Below are positions 63,991-64,000 of a stretch of DNA of 64,000 bases, piece after piece. The DNA comes from Carcharhinus longimanus (taxonomy: Eukaryota), in assembly GCA_030264375.1 (NCBI GenBank), contig JASCQW010000133.1:31637554-31701553 (forward strand). Reading direction: 5' to 3'. Position numbers and translations under genes: made by a program. Positions within the stretch are counted from its first letter, which is position 1; each line of letters begins with the position of its first letter. The notes beneath the pieces are model-generated. The model ran no database searches. It was not told where the DNA came from and saw nothing but the letters and a program-made list of their open reading frames with translations.

Positions 63991-64000
63991 TCGAACACCT

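Overview
Eukaryotic, intron-rich vertebrate DNA with N gaps. The repeats (tRNA-headed SINEs, CR1/L2 LINEs, Penelope-like elements) suggest a shark or other elasmobranch. Two nearly complete spliced genes sit head-to-head around a CpG-rich promoter at ~42.6-43.0 kb. TFIP11 is on the minus strand (12 coding exons, 39710->19950). SRRD is on the plus strand (7 coding exons, 43225->51187), and its last intron is a U12-type minor intron holding an antisense histone H2B pseudogene fragment. Two clean exons of a CLUH-like gene (minus, 55390->54242) have no recognisable downstream exons. Just upstream of them is a decayed endogenous retrovirus (integrase, env, 3' LTR; 55703-59708) whose env is laid out like a paramyxovirus-F-type fusion protein (lokiretrovirus-like) rather than a typical SU/TM env. 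Also present: a CpG-rich probable first exon of an unidentified minus-strand gene (~10.0-10.3 kb), a three-level minisatellite, Penelope termini with minimal hammerhead ribozyme motifs, and MITE-like and fold-back inverted repeats. Gene identities come from manual translation and recalled homology, not database searches. Repeat boundaries are approximate.
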